A stretch of DNA of 64,000 bases from Octopus vulgaris (GCA_951406725.2 OX597839.1:23498001-23562000), one strand, 5' to 3'. Counted from the first letter of the stretch, positions 41,390-53,804 are shown. Notes: generated by a model from the sequence alone, not told the origin. Numbers and translations: made by a program.

Positions 41390-42496
41390 CGATGATGATG
41401 ATGACAATGATGATGGTGGTGATGTCTGATGGAGCTCCCAATTGATGCTGCCGCCAAGTGTGAAGTTAGGGTAGTTATTCGGTTTTTGAACACAATTGAG
41501 ATCCATTGCTAATTAATGGGAGTGTTTATGGCGAGTTGTGAATGGATGTCAAAAAAGGGCTACAAGTGGTGTAGGGAGTTTGCAGCATGTCATACTGAAA
41601 TTCGTGATGAAGAAAGAAGTGGGTGACCATCAATTTCCAATGAGACAGTGGTAAAGGTTGAGCAAATCCTGCTTAAAAATTGGTGGATCATTGTGGATGC
41701 CCTCCACAACACTGATATCAAGAAATCCTCTTGCGAGCGTGACCTAGGCATCACTGTCAGCAGTGATTTGCGTTGGACAAAGCATATCTCTAAAATTGTC
41801 ACCTCACCAACAACAACACTGAACACCTTTTTGATCTCCATGTGTCCAACACACGTGGACATGCCTACAAAGTCAGAAAACAACACAGCTCCCATGACTT
41901 TCGGAAACATTTTTTCACGCTCAGAGTTGCTGAAGCATGGAATAAACTGCCTGCGTCAGTTGTTGACTGCCATGACACTGCATCCTTTAAGGCCCTCATG
42001 CTTTCCAAAAATCTGCCGAAACTACACCTGATTATATATACACTTTAGATGAGTTGTAGTGCACCTGAGCACTGTGCACAATTATTATTATTATTATTAT
42101 CTCTGCATTTTGGTTGCTGGGGGTTCCTGAAGCACCATTCATAGGGTTTTGAGTGAAAAGTTGCAATATCAGAAGGCGTGCAGAAGATGGGTCCCACGAA
42201 CGTTCAGAGATGACCATAAACGGCAACCCACCTCATAGTCCGGACTACCACCTGTTCCCTAACATGAAAGAACATTTGGCCGGAACACGCTTCAGCAATA
42301 ACGACAGGGTGAAAGACGAGGTCCTCAATGACATGGCGGTGAGCATACAAAAACTGTCCCAGTGCCTACAAAAATGCATCAACCGAAATGGCAATTATGT
42401 AGAAAAATAGATAAATGTTCAAACTTTAAAATGACGTAAATGTCATTGACAATAAACGTTTCTGTGATTTCTAAATATTTTTGGAATTACTGTCGT
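40725..42496 (+). mobile_element. Internally deleted mariner, interrupted by two later insertions
   Basis: Ends tacgagggtaatcccaaaa / ttttggaattactgtcgta; remnants CEVRVVIRFL, DEERSG.P, RWVPR and PPHSPDYHLFPNMKEHLAG.RF. Confidence 0.75.
41693..42100 (+). mobile_element. CR1 3' fragment (same family as 214-630)
   Basis: Near-identical to 330-630, plus an upstream ERDLGITVSSDL.W..HI segment. Confidence 0.85.
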
Positions 42497-42544
42497 ATGT
42501 ATCTGTGTGTCTGTGTTTGTCCTCCCCACCATCGCTTGACAACC

Positions 42545-42776
42545 TATTTCTTTATTACCCACAAGGGGATAAACACAGAGGGGACAAACAAGGACAGACA
42601 TAGGTATTAAGTCGATTACATCGACCCCAGTGCGTAACTGGTACTTAATTTATCGACCCCGAAAGGATGAAAGGCAAAGTCGACCTCGGCGGAATTTGAA
42701 CTCAGAACGTAACAGCAGACGAAATACAGCTATGCATTTCACCCGGCATGCTAACGTCTCTGCCAGCTCGCCGCCT
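42545..42776 (-). mobile_element. SINE family B inserted into a family A SINE
   Basis: Family B sequence splits gacaacc|gatgctgg of family A. Confidence 0.85.
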
Positions 42777-43019
42777 TCGAATCAGATGCTGGTGTGTTTA
42801 CATCCGCGTAACTTAGTGGCTCAGCAAAAGGGACCGATAGAATAAGTACTAGGTTTATGAAGAGTAAGTATTGGGGTTGATTTGTTTGACTAAAAGTGGT
42901 GCTCCAGCATGGCCTCAGTCAAATGCCTGAACCCAGTAAAAGAAAAAATACATACACACACACACGTATTTGTTGTTTACACTTTTACTTTTTTGAAAAT
43001 CCGCACATGTTTTCAACAG

Positions 43020-43290
43020 TTTTACTTACAAGACTGACAGAGGAAGTTCAGTTTAACCCCAGGCAACGTTAAGAGTTGCTGATCCCATCCTGAAGCCACA
43101 CGCTTTATCCAGCATCGTTTCCATTGATGGAAACATTCCTGGGACTTCTTTTTATGTTTCGTCACATTCTTTCTGGATTTCCTCAATGTCTTGAATTCTT
43201 GCACATTTCAAGCGTTGGCTTTGGGATCACAGTTACAGACCCACGATTTGTCTTCTGTTACAGCAGTTTTCAAAACGTTTTCATCTTCTT
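43020..43290 (-). mobile_element. Mariner transposase remnant (second remnant at 43872-44190)
   Basis: Minus-strand TEDKSWVCNCDPK (TGDESW-like) and QECFHQWKRCWIKRVASG. Confidence 0.6.
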
Positions 43291-43445
43291 TGACACAATG
43301 AAACCCAAAATGGTTGGGAAGCAATCATCTTGCTGCACTGGCTTTTATTTAGTCGCTGAGACATTCATCAAGGCATTTACCAAACTTGGCAAATGGCATG
43401 AGGTACCAATAACCAGTTGTTAGAACTGTATAAGTATATAATGTA

Positions 43446-43479
<34 letters not shown>

Positions 43480-43674
43480 CGCCATGATAGATCATTAGCT
43501 CCTACACACTCTTTTTTCTCTCCTTGTTTTTTTCTGCGTATCTTTCTGTTGAAGAGCGTAGGCTCGAAACGTAAAAGACTTTTTCTATTTCTATTCCTGA
43601 GCACCATACTAATACATTTGTTTGTTTGTACTCCACCTGTCTTCGTCTTTTGTTTATTTTCGTAAACCTTCCCG

Positions 43675-43676
<2 letters not shown>
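43480..43676 (+). mobile_element. Family H element; best-preserved minimal hammerhead variant at 43541-43578
   Basis: TCTTT-CTGTTGA-A GAGC gtag GCTC-GAAA-CG-TA-AAAGA; flanked on both sides by (TA)n. Confidence 0.65.
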
Positions 43677-43760
<84 letters not shown>

Positions 43761-45616
43761 GTATATATATGATGGGCTTCTTTCAGTTTCCATCTACCAA
43801 ATCCATTCACAAGGCTTTGGTTGGCCTGAGACTATAGCAAGCTTCTTACCACACAGCCACTCCCCCACCTTATAAGAGGTCTGATCAAAAAGCATCTGGA
43901 CTGGTGCTATAAAAAGTAAAACTCCAACCCATATCAATTCGGCATTTAATCTCCTTCGAAGTAGTCCCCCTCTGAGGTCACACGCCTTATCCAGCATCAT
44001 TTCAATTGATGGAAGCATTCTTGGAAATCCATTTTTGGGATAATGGCCTTCTGCCTCATTGCATTCTCTTGGCTTTCCTCAACGTCTTGAAAGGGAATCT
44101 CTTCCCTTTCAAGTGGGAATTGATTTCTGCCAAAGTTCTGACTGTTTGCAAAAGGTCTTTAATCTTCTTCAACGCAATGAGATGCTGTGCAGATGAACCC
44201 TGATGAACTGAGTGAGGTTTGGTTACAGAAATGGGGGCAAATGACTGCAGAAAATCTGCCTCAACTAAGAATAGAAAAAGTGGACATTAAATAGTGATGA
44301 TGATGATGATGATGACTTTAGATAGTGATGAAGTAGAAGAAGAAGAAGAAGAAGGAGGAGGAGCAGGAGGAGCAGGAGATAATGGTGACGATGAGGAGGA
44401 GAAAGAGAAGAGGAGGTGAAGGAGGAGAATGATAATGATGAAGAAGAAGAAGGCGATGATGATGAGGAGGTGGAGGAAGAAGAAGAGGAGAATGATGATG
44501 ATGATGATGATGATGACGATGATGATGATGACAATGATGATGGTGGTGATGTCTATGATGGCAAGGAGGAGGAGGAGAATGATAAGAATGAAGATGATGA
44601 TGATGATGAAGAAGAAGAAGAAAGAAGAAGAAAGAAGAAGGTGGTGGTGGTGGTGGTGATAGTGACAATGATGACGACGACATTGATGATGATGATAATG
44701 ATGATGATGATAATGATTGTGGCAATGATAGTGGTGGTGATGATGATAATGATGATGATGATGAAGATGATGATTATAAACACTATACACTCTGGCATAA
44801 ACAAGCAAATAAATATATATAGAAATAAATAAACAAATATGGAACATAAAATAATCTTTTTCCTTTTATATATATTATTTTCATTCTCTGGAGAAACTTG
44901 GTGCGTTTTCAAAATTGAATCCTAATTTACATAATTCCAATAAACGAATTATTATTCCTTTTTTTCCAATCACTACATTTTACCCAATTTCTTTTGCACT
45001 GCTTCAGGTGAAAGAATATTCTTGGTTTTTCTAAGAATACAGAAAATATCAGAACAAAAGTCACCAAGTTTATGACACACACCTTGAAAAAAAAAATGTG
45101 TGCTTTGGTGCAGCAGAAGACTGAAGGGCAAAGTTTGCATTGGTAGGGTTTGAACACAGAGTGCATATCACAAAGAGATGGATGTGACTCAAATGACTCT
45201 ACCGATTAACCTGACATGTGATTGGTAAGCAAGCTGCTTACCACACAGCCACTCCTGTAGCTGAAATAGACAAAGAAATAGACTGACCATTTACCCATAA
45301 CAAATACGAGACCCCAGTATTAGACAGATTCCACTTAGTGGACACATAGACAAATGTACGATCAAAATTTATATATGGTTTGAACTTCCATAAATATCTA
45401 CTAGAAAACTGGAAATGTTACTTAGATGACTGCCTAATCCTAAAGGCACACACATTTGAACAATTTGTAAATTTCAAAAATCTAATCAACAGCATAAGCA
45501 ATAATATTAACTTTACCATGGAATACAGTAAAACTCAAGTACCATTCCTGTATATACTAATAATCAAAAGAGATATAAAAACATTGAAACAGATATTCAC
45601 TACAAACAGATAGATT

Positions 45617-45774
45617 CTGTGGCTGTGTGGTAAGTAGCTTGTTTACCAAGTACATGGTTCCGGGTTCAGTCCCACTGCTTGGCACCTTAGGCAAATGTCT
45701 TCTACTATAGCCTCGGGCCGACCAAAGCCTTGTGAGTGGATTTGGTAGACGGAAACTGAAAAAAGCCTGTCGTA

Positions 45775-45849
<75 letters not shown>

Positions 45850-46219
45850 TCGGGGTGAGTACTTGATAATTATAAGCACCTGTGTATACCGTTTGGTGGT
45901 GTAGGTGGTGGAGTAAATTGATCAAAATAAAAACATGATGCCAAGGATTCAGCCGTACATATGTTTCGGGCCTTTCTACATTGAGAGAAGAAAGAGATGG
46001 ACGCTTCAATTCTATGCTGTTGCCGCATTATGTCGTACGCGAATGAGAGGATTTGCATCCCCAACCAAGAATTTTTGATGTAACACATGTCCTTGTGGAA
46101 GTTGTTGTGCGCGGCTGAAGAAGGCTACAGACATACATTATGCATTGTTATAAATCTGTCTAATAAAGGCCCGAAACATATGTACCGCTGAATCCTTGGC
46201 ATCATGTTTTTATTTTGAT

Positions 46220-46260
<41 letters not shown>

Positions 46261-46482
46261 TGTGTGTGTTTGTGTGTCTGTGTTTGTCCCCCTAGCATTG
46301 CTTGACAACCGATGCTGGTGTGTTTATGTCCCCGTTACTTAGCAGTTTGGCAAAAGAGACCGATAGAATAAGTACTGGGCTTACAAAAGAATAAGTCCCG
46401 GGGTCGAGTTGCTCGATTAAAGGCGGTGCTCCAGCATGGCCGCAGTCAAATGACTGAAACAAGTAAAAGAGTAAAAGAGTAA
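45617..46482 (+). mobile_element. SINE family A inserted in the Penelope RT, itself split by an HHR element
   Basis: Head 45617-45780, tail 46260-46482. Confidence 0.85.
46111..46188 (+). ncRNA. Type I hammerhead motif in an inverted-repeat element (45845-46223)
   Basis: GCGG-CTGAAGA-A GGCT ACAGA..TCTGT..GGCC C-GAAA-CATATG-TA-CCGC; arms 45917-45975 and 46165-46223. Confidence 0.7.
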
Positions 46483-47591
46483 TACTTACTGTTCTCCTCA
46501 TGCCATCCCTAACACACGAAGAATAATATCCCCTTCAATCTATCAAGAAGAATCTGCACAATTTTCTCAAACCCTGAAACTCACAATAAAAGACTCCAGG
46601 AACTAAAACAAGGACTACTTAAAAGACAATATCCATTAATGCTAATAGACAATGGAATAGAAAATGCCAAGGCAATAAACATTGAAGAACTATGAAAAAC
46701 ATTCAAGATACATCCAATAATCTACCCTTTATTACAACGCATAACCCAAGAAACACAGAAGTTTACAATATTATCTACAGAACATCCCATTACTAAAAGA
46801 AGACCCAAGAATGAAACAAGCATTTGAAATACACAAAATAATCAAAAGTAAAAGACAATCATAGTCCCTCAAAACTTATCTTTTACAATTCCTACACCAA
46901 CAGCCAAAAAGTGTGGCCACCCCAATTGCAGGACCTGCATCAACCTAATTGAAGACACAACATACAAATTGAAATCAGGGCAGATTTTACAGTAAAAAAT
47001 CACTTTGCATGTTCTTCAAGTAATTTAATATACACTATCAAATGTCAAGAATGTAATAAAGATAGCAGAGTTCAAACAAAGAAATAGACTGACCATTCAC
47101 CCACAACAAATACGAGAATCCAGTACTAGACAGATTCCACTTAGTGGACACAGAGAGAAATGTGCAAAATATAAGTCTCCCCACATTCCAGATCCTCCCA
47201 AACAAAGGAAATACTTTCATACAAAAGTGCAAACCAAGACTTAAGAAACTTTAACAGAGTCCAGACACAAATAAACTATTCACACACAAAACTCATTCTG
47301 CCAAGGAAGCTACACAGTTAACAAGCTAAACTTTAGCCACTGGACACATACAAACAACTCCTGTCCACTCTCCCACCAGACCGATTAAATTTGGAGTGCT
47401 TTGACTGTAACTAATCATGTTCACTAAACCATGTCGGTCCTCTTTTCAGGCGCAAAAATATACTGTCACATGACACTAACGCACAGACATAGCAGGAAAC
47501 GTAATCATGTGTTCATTCTCTATGAACACTTAGCAGAAAACATTCAGAGCATTGATTATCTGGACTTGTTCAGTCAACCGTGTCAGCTTAA

Positions 47592-47811
47592 CCCTTTAGT
47601 GTTCAGATTACTCTGTTAAATGTAATACTTTTCCACTCAAATTGTTTTGAATTAGTCATGCATTATCTTATAGCTTTGAGGTTTCAATGATGTGATTGTT
47701 TGTTTTTAGAATGTCAATGTAGGTTAGGTGTGAGAGGCTGGATCTGGCCAGTTTGAATATAAAACATGTGGAATATCTGGGCCAGATATGGCCGGTTTAA
47801 ACACTAAAGGG
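47592..47811. mobile_element. piggyBac-type MITE
   Basis: TIRs CCCTTTAGTGTT / AACACTAAAGGG; flanks TTAA and TTAC. Confidence 0.7.
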
Positions 47812-48231
47812 TTACCATGCCAAATATTGCCAATTGATACTAACACACAGACATAGCAGGGAACCTACAAAAATTTCTAAAACCTGTCATGTGACTATCC
47901 CCTACCAATCAGATCCTATTCAAAGCATATACTAATTTGAGCCATGAACTCCCAATAAAAACAGGGCAAGCTTCAAACTCTAGTTCAGAAGCAAGACAGC
48001 TGCTGCGACATAAACCACGTCTTTCTATTTGAACTTTTTGAAAATCAGTGGAAATTGTGAAACCACTTATTCATTCTCCACTCATTTATTTCTGTTCTTA
48101 TTTCATCTTATGTCCATTGTCTGAAAATTTTACTCACACATCTGTGACCTCCTTAGTGACACTTTTTGTCCTCGTATGTGCTCCTGCTCCACTTAGTCTA
48201 TTCTGTTCATATTTATATATATATATGTATG

Positions 48232-48263
<32 letters not shown>

Positions 48264-48472
48264 TCATCATCATCATCGTTTAATGTCCGCTTTCCATGCT
48301 AGCATAGGTTGGACAATTTGACTGAGGACTGGCGAACCAGATGGCTGCACCAGGCTCCAATCTGATCTGGCAGAGTTTCTACTGCTGGATGCCCTTCCTA
48401 ACACCAACCACTCCAAGAGTGTAGTGTGTGCCTTTACATGGTACTGGCAACAGCCATGCCCAAATGGTGTTT

Positions 48473-48558
<86 letters not shown>

Positions 48559-48750
48559 TGTGTGTATGTAGTGATTTACAGTTTACAAGGAATAAAATAG
48601 AAGAATAAAGAGTAAAGGGGAACATTATTCTCCCACCTCTATTGTACCTTTACCCTTTATTCTTCTATTGACCCCTTTATTCTTCTAAAAACTGTGAATT
48701 CTATTCCTTGTAAACTGTAAATTTTCCCTGTCTAAAATAGTCATACCCTT

Positions 48751-48826
48751 GTCTCTGATGACAGCATATCCGGTGCATGGACATGCTAACCTACCACTTG
48801 GGTTATCCCAGAAACAGCTGTAAGAC
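48751..48826 (+). ncRNA. Degenerate hammerhead motif (same family as 36633-36680)
   Basis: GTCT-CTGATGA-...TATCCCA-GAAA-CAGCTG-TA-AGAC; the 5' arm of stem II appears deleted. Confidence 0.55.
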
Positions 48827-48931
48827 TTCAAATTCACTTTATCCTAATTAAATTAGTCTAAACAATTCAAGATACTCATTCTGACTTGGTTTTAATTTTT
48901 CCTCTAATATAATATAATATAATATAATATA

Positions 48932-48975
<44 letters not shown>

Positions 48976-49239
48976 TAATATACAAACACATACAGACAGA
49001 TGCATGCATACACACACACACAGATAGAGAGAGAGTGAGAGTGAGAGAGAGAGAAAGAGTGGTTGGGAGGTATTCACAATTCTAGCACCAAGTTCCTCCC
49101 ATAATTTTTTAGTGACAACTATTTTTAACTTGTTTTCCAAGATGATTAAATTTGATTTTCCATTCTAACGACAGCATGTAATTAAGATCTGTTGGTGGCA
49201 CGGATAATTTCATTAGAATCTGATAATACAATGCAAATG

Positions 49240-49335
<96 letters not shown>

Positions 49336-49804
49336 GTAATAATAGTGATGGTAACAACAACAACAATAACAAGTACATTGAACCTTGTGCAAATAATAAT
49401 TGCAATGGTTTCTAATATTAGCACAAAACTAATGGTGAGGGGCAGGGAAATGGTGGAAATGGTGGTAAAAGAGTTGATTTAATCAACTGAATCAAGGCCT
49501 GAATGTGGCACTGGGTTGGATACCATTTGATATGCTAGAAATAGTAATTGAATCCTCCTGCAAATCTCCACGATTTGTGCTAACTTCTCGGCACTATCCC
49601 CAAGACAAACAAAGTGCTTGGCAATGTTGCTAAAATCTGGGGTGCCACTAGGGCCATCTTAACAGCATTATCGGACCCTTGGCAAGGCAGTGCACTTGGC
49701 CCTATAATATTTATTGACAGCAAACCACAGTATATATAGATCATTATTGAGTCCCCATGGCCAATGAGGCCTTTAAGCAAATCAATGCACTAGACCCCAT
49801 AATA

Positions 49805-51023
49805 TCAGGTTGAGTTAAAAGTAAGCAACATTTTAAACCATGAAGAATTTGTACCAGATTTTTGCAGAGTTTTGAATAATACAGACATAGACTTGCCGAA
49901 ATGCATCAATAAATTGACATTGATATTTTGTTCACTTTTGTTACTATCATCTGAAATGAAACTGTCAAAGTGTGATATTCGAGCAATTTTGCTATTCAAC
50001 TTCAAAAACGGACATAAAGCAGCTGAAACTGCTCGTGATATCAATGAAACGTTTGGTGAGGAAATGATCAGTGAGTGGTTAGCTCGAAAATGGTTTAAAC
50101 AGTGAAGAGCTGAGCCTTGAAGATCATGAGGGTAGTTGGTGCCCATCTGTCATTGAGGGTGGTCAATTAAAGACCGTCATTGAGAAAGATCCACGTAAAA
50201 CCACCTGAGAACTGGCAAAGGAACATCAAGTTAGCCAGAAAACTGCCTGCAACCATTTGCATGCCATCAGAAAATCAAAAAAGCTTGACAAATGGGTACC
50301 ACGTGATCTGAATGAAAATCAGAAAATGTGCGGATATGAAATTTGCTTGTCACTTCTCCGTAACCAGACTGATCCATTTCTTGACCATATTGAAACTTAT
50401 GAGGAAAAGTGGATTCTGTTGAATAATTGAAAATGTTCTTTGCAGTGGTTGGACCAAACTGAAGCACTGAAGAACCTTCCCTCAACCTGGGCACTTCAAA
50501 AGGAAGGTTATGGTGACTGTTTGGTGGTGTACTGCTGGACTCATCCACTACAACTTCTTAAAACCCAGCAAAACCATTATTGCAGAAACATATTGCAATG
50601 AAATTACCAAAATAAACAAAAAACTGCTGCTCCTCGATCCCAGACTGGTCAACAGACGATGGCCAATCATTCTTCATGACAATGTTTGACCACACATTTC
50701 ACTAATGATGCTCCAGAAGATGAGGGAACTTGGCTACCAAGTTCTTCCCCACCCAGCTTATTCCCCAGACCTTTCTCCTTCAGACTGCTACTTTTTCAAG
50801 CACCTTGAAGGTTTCAAACCAATGCAGAAAGTGCATTCAAAGAGTTCATCAGCTCCAGAACTCCAGATTTTTATGCTACAGGAATAAACAAACTTGTAAC
50901 TTGTTGGAAAAAATGTGTTGATTGTAATGTTAATTACTTTAATGAATAAAATTTCCGATTTGTTGAAATATATTGTGATGAATTTTGTGTTTCAAAACGT
51001 TGCTTACTTTTTACTCAGCCTGA
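49805..51023 (+). mobile_element. Full-length decayed mariner transposon
   Basis: ~30-bp TIRs tcaggYtgagtWaaaagtaagcaacRtttt with TA TSDs; IRAILLFNFKNGHKAAETARDINETFGE, KWVPRDL, HDN, HPAYSPDLSPSDCYFF; multiple stops. Confidence 0.92.
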
Positions 51024-51304
51024 TATATATTTATTGATAGCTAGCCTTAGCATACACAGACCAACATTGGGCCCCTAGACTGGTGAAGTATATATATATA
51101 TATATACATATTAGGAAGGGCATCCAGCTGTAGAAACTCTGCCAAATCACGATTGGAGCCTGGTGCAGCCATCTGGTTCTCCAGCCCTTAGTCAAAATCA
51201 TCCAACCCATGCTAGCATATAAAGCGGACGTTAAATGATGATGATGATGATATATATGTGTGTGTATGTGTATGTATATATACACACAGACACATATATA
51301 TACA

Positions 51305-51344
<40 letters not shown>

Positions 51345-51513
51345 TACATATATATATGTGTATATATATATAGATAGAGATAGAGATATAGATAGATATA
51401 GATATTTAAGAAAGAAAAATATGTAAAAACAAACCTCCTATGTGTTTTTACATATTTTTCTTTTCTTAAATATCTACAGCCACATGTAAACCAGATCTGA
51501 CACCTTTATGTTG

Positions 51514-51578
<65 letters not shown>

Positions 51579-51630
51579 TGAGAGAGCTGGTATTTGAAAG
51601 CACCTGGCTGGATGTATAAAAGACAAAACA

Positions 51631-52005
51631 GAGTGAAAAACCTACAGAAGGCTTGTGTTATCTGGTTAAAGAATATATTTAAACCATTATGTTAGAAAAA
51701 TGCTATAAAATATTGCATATAGTAAGCATTGTTTTTGGAGAAATAACCAGTTTCATATTTTCTTTTCAAATTTCTCAAATTTCCTTACCTATACTGTGTC
51801 ATGTCTTGGCTATATATTTTGCTGTAGTGAAGACATGACACATTATAGGTAAGGAAATTTGAGAAATTTGAAAAGAAAATATGAAACTGGTTATTTCTCC
51901 AAAAACAATGTTACTATATGCAAAATTTTATAACATTTTTCTAACATAATGCTTTAAATATATTCTTTAACCAGATAACACAAGCCTTCTGTAGGTTTTT
52001 CACTC
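51631..52005. repeat. Long inverted repeat (~176-bp arms, 22-nt spacer) between TA tracts
   Basis: 51631-51807 is the near-perfect reverse complement of 51830-52005. Confidence 0.9.
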
Positions 52006-52012
52006 AATTTTT

Positions 52013-52075
<63 letters not shown>

Positions 52076-52126
52076 TTATAAAGAACAAATATATGGGCTT
52101 TAAACTTCATTTGAGTTCTATTTTTT

Positions 52127-52357
52127 GGCGGCGAGTTGGCAGAAACGTTAGCGCGCTGGGTGAAATGCTTAGCGGCATTTCGTCTGTCGTTACGTTCTGA
52201 GTTCAAATTCCGCCGAGGTTGACTTTGCCTTTCATCCTTTCGGGGTCGATAAATAAAGTACCAGTTTCCCACTGGGGGTCGATGTAATCGACTTAATCCC
52301 TTTGTCTGTTCTTGTTTGTCCCCTCTATGTTTAGCCCCTTGTGGGTAGTAAAGAAAT
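52127..52357 (+). mobile_element. SINE family B
   Basis: Homology to family B; tandem partial minus copies at 54720-54985. Confidence 0.85.
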
Positions 52358-52564
52358 ATACTTCACATCTGGAACCATCATGAGTTGGATTTAGAGTTTA
52401 AATTGGATTTGGTTCCTTTAGATCCTCCTTACCTGCAGTGTACTATCAGCTCATTATACCATATGGTTATTCTAACTCATTATGAGCCCTGTGTTATGGT
52501 AACTAGCCATTTCTGGCATCCTGCATGGTGATGTGCCTAGATTGTAGTGAATCCTATAATTAAT

Positions 52565-52598
<34 letters not shown>

Positions 52599-52838
52599 TC
52601 ATCATCATCATCATCGTTTAACGTCCGCTTTCCATGCTAGCATGGGTTGGACGGTTTAACTGGGGTCTGGGGAGCCCGAACGCTGCACCAGGCCAGTCAG
52701 ATCTGGCAGTGTTTCTACATCTGGATGCCTTTCCTAACGCCAACATATATAATTTATTTATTAAATTATTGTATGACTGAGCGCCCTCGCGTCGTTACGT
52801 TTCTTTTCTTTTCTCCAAGAAAGTTTTTATATATATAT

Positions 52839-53203
52839 ACTCTTTTTACTCTTTTACTTGTTTCAGTCATTTGACTGCGGCCATGCTGGAGCACCACCTT
52901 TTTAGTACTTATTCTATCGGTCTCTTTTTGCCGAACCGCTAAGTGACGGGGACCTAAATACACCAGCATCGGTTGTCAAGCAATGCTAGGGGGACAAACA
53001 CCGACACACAAACACACGCACACATATATATATACATATATACGACAGGCTTCTTTCAGTTTCCGTCTACCAAATCCACTCACAAGGCATTGGTCGGCCC
53101 GGGGCTATAGCAGAAGACACTTGCCCAAGATGCCACGCAGTGGGACTGAACCCGCAACCGTGTGGTTGGTTAGCAAGCTACTTACCACACAGCCACTCCT
53201 GCG
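52839..53203 (-). mobile_element. SINE family A with internal deletion
   Basis: Homology to family A. Confidence 0.85.
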
Positions 53204-53272
53204 CATATATATATATATATATACACGCACACACACACACACATACATACACACACATACATATAACTATAC

Positions 53273-53323
<51 letters not shown>

Positions 53324-53396
53324 TAAAAACTTACTTGGAGAAAAGAAAAGAAACGAAACGACGCAAGGGCGCTCAGTCATACAATAATTTAATAAA

Positions 53397-53451
<55 letters not shown>

Positions 53452-53685
53452 GTTTATATATCATTATCATCATCGTCATTTAACATCCATTGTCCATGCT
53501 GGCATGGACTGGACGGTTAGACTGGGGCTGACAAACTGGAAGGCTGCACCAGACTCTAGTCTGTTTTGGCATGGTTTCTATGACTTGATGCCCTTCCTGA
53601 TGCCAACACACACACACACACACACACAAATACATATATATATATATACACAAATAGGAATACAAGAGTTACGGAATAGTGTAGG

Positions 53686-53789
53686 TAAGATCCGGGTTAC
53701 ATATGTTTCATAGCAAGCGGAACCTTAGAAGTGGTAAAAATCAAAGCGAGGTGTATATTGCTGGCTACTCTTCAGGCGAAGGATATCTT
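53686..53789 (-). ncRNA. Degenerate hammerhead motif
   Basis: Minus strand: CTGAAGA-GTAGC..GCTAT-GAAA-CATATG-TA; stem I unpaired next to the core, distal ATCC/GGAT only. Confidence 0.45.
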
Positions 53790-53804
53790 GATTAAATTGA
53801 TTAA

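Larger units (their letters stand above)
45260..47260 (+). mobile_element. Penelope-like retroelement fossil (RT, thumb, Cys-rich linker, GIY-YIG remnants)
   Basis: WKCYLDDC...INFTME...VPFL (45410-45555); TDIHYK..DS // YLLFSSCHP.HTKNNIPFNLSRRICTI..RLQELK..L..RQYP; KCGHPNCRTC; CSSSNLIYTIKCQEC; stops and frameshifts. Confidence 0.85.
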
